Assembly (NCBI GenBank): GCA_043228905.1
Contig: JBHGNT010000005.1
Coordinates: 24,428,001 to 24,492,000 of the forward strand
Reading direction: 5' to 3'
DNA from: Azolla caroliniana
Lineage: Eukaryota > Plantae > Polypodiophyta
DNA length: 64,000 nt
Shown: piece by piece, positions 59,149 through 64,000 of the stretch
How the letters are laid out: every line of letters begins with the position of its first letter
Numbering within the stretch: the first letter of the stretch is position 1
Program-made: the position numbers and the translations under genes
Notes under the pieces: generated by a model
Told to the model about the DNA's origin: nothing
The model's database searches: none
What the model saw: only the letters and a program-made list of their open reading frames with translations

Positions 59149-61775
59149 ATGAAGACTCGACTCATGCTAAAAAATGAGCGTGAACTCTACTTAAAGTTGT
59201 TGCCACATCTAAGGGTATCATATGTAGAGCAATGGTGGTCCATCACATTGCACACACATGGGGGGACATCCCATTACCCACTCTCACAAACTCTTAAAGA
59301 GTTGAAGAAACATTGGGCCATGGATCTTCGCAATCATGGAATAGCTAGTTCATACGTAAAAGCACTAATTGACCAATGTGGGTGTTAGATAATACAAAAG
59401 GTGAATTATATTGACATGTTAGGCACAAGTGTAAGTAAATATGATAAGATTACAATGCCCACAAAAGTGATAGAGGTAGAAGCTAGTAAGTTAGACGATA
59501 CTCTAGCGGAGATTCAAATCAAGTATCATACATGCTTGCAGCGAGGAGTCCCAAAAGGCAAGCATGTGACTAGATATGATTGTCATCATGCAGGTGTGCC
59601 TCGACGAGTGGTCGGATGCTCTCGCTTGCGCAAGGGTTCAAAGCGTTCTGGATGTAGTTTTCATTTCAATGTAAGAGTGATTGAAGGGGATAAACATGGG
59701 ATCATGAGCATTTATGTATACGGATGTCATTCAGGTCATGTCTCGGGAACGAGACCTGACATGTACCACTTGCCGGTCCATCCTAATGTATTAGAATGTT
59801 GTAAAGATGACATTTTTTATGTTGGTTGTGCAAGGCATGTTGCACAGATGAGCATGCTAAAAGAAGCATATCACAAGTCCAATGCTACTCCATTAGAACT
59901 TCAATCACTTTTAGATTCTTTATGATACCAAAGGAGGTACATAACATGGCCAATACGTTAAAAATAGGTAGCTCATTGTCGGAATTTGATTGGTCTTTGA
60001 TGATGCAAGATACCTGTGCACTCTGAGATCTAGGCAAAGTGGCACATGTCCAACCATAGTTGCCTGGTCCAAATGGGTCTCCAGCTCGACAACCATTTAT
60101 CTTGATACTTCAAGATAAATGGATGTTAGAAATGTGTGAGCGATTGTCGCAAAACAACTCTTGGGCAATCAACTCCACATTTAAAACTAATCAATTTGGG
60201 CTCCCATTATATGCAGCCGTTGCACCAACTGCCATGGGAATAGGGATCCCACTATGGTATATGATTTGTAGTTCTAATATAAGGCCTCAAATCATGAGCA
60301 AGTGGCATTAGAAACTTGCTTGAAAGTCATATATTGCTAGGAGGCCTAGGGTAAGGCCAAATGCGATAGTCATTGATAAATCTTGGACATCATATAATGC
60401 CATATCTAATGTAATTGCTCAAGATTGTGAATATTGGATTGTCACAAATGGTGAATGCTCACAAACATGTTGTTGTCTTTTATTGTGTTAGTTCCATGCA
60501 AAAAAATCATGGGTTGACAACTTGTTGCCCAAAGTGAGTGTTGTTGAAAGAAACCCCCTCTATCAAAGGATGTGCCAACTCATGCATTGCATTAGCGAAT
60601 CATCCTTCAATGCTATGTGTGAGGAGGTAAGGCAAGAATACTCAAACAAACCTAGAGTTTGGCAATATATCGAAGGTGGATGGTGTGGACAAACTTGTGT
60701 TTGGAGTCTATGGCCCAAGTAAATTGGTAGATTATTCAATTATGGACATGTTGACACTACCAATATTGTGGAGAGACATTGGCAATTTCTCAAGTACACT
60801 GCCTTGAGAGGAAGAATAAATCGTTCTATTACTGATCTTGTGCATGTTTTAATCGGGGACAATGTCTCTGGCACTGGCATCTATGAGACTGTGGTAGAAT
60901 GGTACATGTAACGACAAGAGATATGCGAGAGTGGTAGATTCCAACCCCGTGCAAATTGTAAGGATCAAAGGTCAAGACTTAAAGAAGCCGAGAGGATACG
61001 AGAAAGATATGTGACCGATAGCAACTCAATGCATATTGTGGATGAGGCCCGATATTGGTTTCGAATATTGAGCATGTCCACTCCCAATGTATGGTACAAT
61101 GTCTTAGTCCAATGTTCATATTGTGATTGTCAAGACTTTGCAAGTAAATGTAAGCATTTGCTTGCCATTCAGATGATCGTTGAGAGACATATGCCATCAC
61201 TATGTGGATCATTACCATTTATAGATCATGCAACCCAAATGCGAATGGATGATGCTACACTGGATAGAGAACTAGAGTCGACACAAGAAGGAGAAGTCGA
61301 GATGAATCTAGAAGTTGATGAAAGGGAAGAAATAAAGTTAGAAGCACATCAAACTATGGAAGCACTTCAATTTCTTGAGCAAGGATGGGGAGCAATGAAT
61401 AGTGCAACTCTTGAGCGTTGTCTGCAACTCTTGGTAGATTTTCGAAAGGAATTGCTCTTATCTATGGGTGCATCGGCAACAACCAATATGACATCAGGAG
61501 GTTCAATAAGTCGGAAGCAACAAATTGCTGCGAAAAGAGGAGCCATGCCCAACATTTCACAAGAACTTATTGGTAGCTCCCCAAACACGACCAAAACACA
61601 CACTGGTAGACTACAAAGAGGTGCTCGTTGTGCTAAGAGGCGGTTGCCAAGATGTGACACTGAGAAGGTTCGATGTTTGCATTGTGATGGTTTGACATTG
61701 ACTTCAAGAGACTCCAATGCAAATTGCACAATATATTGTGGGTGTATCTTGCCATCCTTTGAACAAGAACCTTGA
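59149..61775 (+). pseudogene. Decayed Mutator-like (MULE) transposase with a WRKY/GCM1-type finger and a SWIM finger
   Basis: YDCHHAG...SKRSGC...HSGH; INSTFKTNQFGLPLY; IVIDKS; C.FH; TTNIVERHW; SWIM CDCQDFASKCKH. Many stops and frameshifts. Confidence 0.8.
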
Positions 61776-61919
61776 TCTCATAGTTTTTTATTACATTACA
61801 TCATGTGTTTTTTATATGTAAAATTGTGCAATTTTGTATTTTAAAAAATGTCATATTTTTGAGTAATCTTAGCATCTTTTTTTAAAAAACAATGATCTCT
61901 TCAGAAATTTTAATCAGGT

Positions 61920-62185
61920 ACCTAAGTTAGGTGCACGCACCCAGGTTAGGTTCATGTACTGGGGTTAGGTTTAAGTACCTGGGTTAGGTGCACACACCTA
62001 GGTTAGGTTTGTGTATTGGGGTTAGGTTTAAGTACTCGGGTTAGGTGCACGCACCCAGGATAGGTTTAGGTGGATTTAGGTGTTACAGAATAGCTTGTCA
62101 GACCTGGGTTAGGTGTGATAGAGGCTTGTCAATTGTTAGACTCGGGTTAGATGTGACAAAGGCTTGTCAGACCCGGGTTGGGTTT
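61920..62185. repeat. GGGTTAGG-containing tandem repeat (~19-bp subunits, ~57-bp period), possibly MULE subterminal
   Basis: gttaggtgcac.cacc.aggttagg...ggggttaggtttaagtac repeats about 2.5 times, then continues as degenerate copies. Confidence 0.7.
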
Positions 62186-62302
62186 CAGGCGCACGCTTTT
62201 TGTGGATAGAGATTGAACGATGCAGATCACACGCGCCATTCAAAACGTGTCTTGCAACCGTCCGTGTCTGCGATTTCCTCACCAGGCAAATAGAAACGAG
62301 CG

Positions 62303-62422
62303 TATGTATGTATGTATGTATGTAAAGACATTATACATATATGCATAGATTATGTATGTACATATACACATGATATTCATGCATAGAGTATGTATGTATG
62401 TATGTATGTATGTATGTATGTA
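62303..62422. repeat. (TATG)n microsatellites
   Basis: Runs at 62303-62323 and 62389-62422. Confidence 0.9.
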
Positions 62423-64000
62423 TAGACATGACATGAATATGGACAGACATGGGTGGTGATGGAAGTGGTATCCGTTTTGTGGATCGATCGTAGCAGAATG
62501 CGCCAAAGGAGACATTGATGATGATCATCATGTATGTATGTCTCCCTCCTTCCTCTCCATTTCTCTGTGTTTCATTCGTTTTGTATGGTTTTCTATTGCT
62601 TACGCTTGAATAGGCTGTATCAGAATCCCGCTTGCCCAGACATGGAAGAACAAACCATGCCATGTAAAATAGATAAGATACATAAACGTAGGTAAATTGT
62701 ATGGATACATCATTTACGAGAACAAATATCTTAGGATTGACCCACATGATGCCGAACATCAACAATCAAGAACGCAATGTTGAGATTTAATTGGGTGGTA
62801 AACCTCAGCAAACAGCAAACCTAAACTGAGATATGCACAGATTATAATGTCATGGTTTGTGGAGGAGATATCAACAATTTCCATGTTTGTGCTCGGGTAC
62901 TGAGATTCCTTCACCAATATTCCACACCTAGAGAGTTTTTTCTTGCTCTAGTGAGCATAGACTATTTTGTATAACCGTCGCTCTGGACACGGTTTGTGGA
63001 AGTGTGCCTGATGTGGTATTCCCAATCTAGCATGGATTAATCAGGGATTGATGCTTTGTAAGACATTAAAATATAAAAATGTGTATCATAATAAATGATC
63101 TAGCTAGCATTCTTCTGAACATATAATTATTCAAAAGATTATATATGATAAAAATATGCATAAATGTTCATATATGTGAATGTAATGTCATATGGTTTGT
63201 AGCCAAAGAATTGGATATAAAAGAGGTGTTGCATTCATGCTTTATAATTTATCTCTTATGCGATGTTGAGTTGTTGTTCTCGTATATAAAAACAAATAAG
63301 AATGATGTGAATGAAGAGGAAAATGTTGCTGCAGTTATTTCAAGAATGGTTGTGCGTGATTTTTTGCAGTTTCTTTCTGCAGACATAATATTTTCTTCTC
63401 ATGTGGCTGAATGGAAGCCGCCCTTATGGATCCAATGTGAACTCACTTTAAGTGTTGTAAGGCTATGTGATGATGGTGACAACTATTACCAATGAGTTGC
63501 TTCGGACATGTATTCAGGTTGAAACATTTTGCATATTTCGTGATTAAGAAAGAGATTGGTTGTGATCATCATTATGATAATTGAAATGCATGTTGGTAAG
63601 TAGTTTGAAATGAACAAGAAACTGGGCTTTATTCGATGCAAATGTCATAATTGGGATTCCAACCCTTGTTTCTCCTTTCTTTGCTGGAATTTTGCCTTTC
63701 TGCAAAATTAATGTTGATTTTGCAAATGCACATGCCCAACTTAAAACCGTATCATTTAAATAAATAGTGACCACCTTTTCTTGCATTTTTGAAATTCAGC
63801 TGGATGTTGGATCCACAGAACGTCTGGATGAGCGGAAACATGGTATGCCCTTGAAGAATGTCATTCACTTAAACTTCTCTTACAGAGGTTGGTTACATCG
63901 TGTGATTTTGAAATTTGAATTACTATTGGATCATCGCTAATATAATTGTGTTTATAATAAGTCAAAAGAAGTTTTGTAACATTGGTACACTGACCAGTAA

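Noticed and set aside
63370-63900. Possible small plus-strand exons (for example ttcag|CTGGAT...CATG|gtatgc near 63800-63842)
   Set aside because: Splice-like signals only, with no recognisable protein; RNA-seq or the adjacent window would be needed.

Overview
Eukaryotic, plant-type DNA; the TE lineages suggest a seed-free plant such as a fern (inference). There is one clear host gene, an intronless F-box/kelch-type gene (7489-8628, -). The rest is mostly transposable elements. A ~47-kb nest (~11.7-59.1 kb) holds five Ty3/gypsy elements (called G1-G5 here), four Ty1/copia elements (C1-C4) and a hAT MITE. Most could be delimited by LTRs, PBS/PPT and target-site duplications (TSDs), and nesting reaches five levels. 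A decayed MULE/SWIM transposase follows the nest. At 0.5-2.6 kb is a non-coding LTR element (N1) with a 48-bp tandem array. The most unusual signals are cis-elements. (1) The young Tcn1-like chromovirus G5 and the element N1 share an LTR layout: an antisense tRNA-like A/B-box cassette at the LTR edge, then heat-shock elements, then TATA. G5 also has a self-priming PBS with a palindrome across the predicted start site and a -1 frameshift signal with a possible pseudoknot. (2) G3 has a second, inverted tRNA-Arg-PBS-like sequence exactly where the PPT should be. All alignments, identities and folds were done by eye, and lineage names are tentative.
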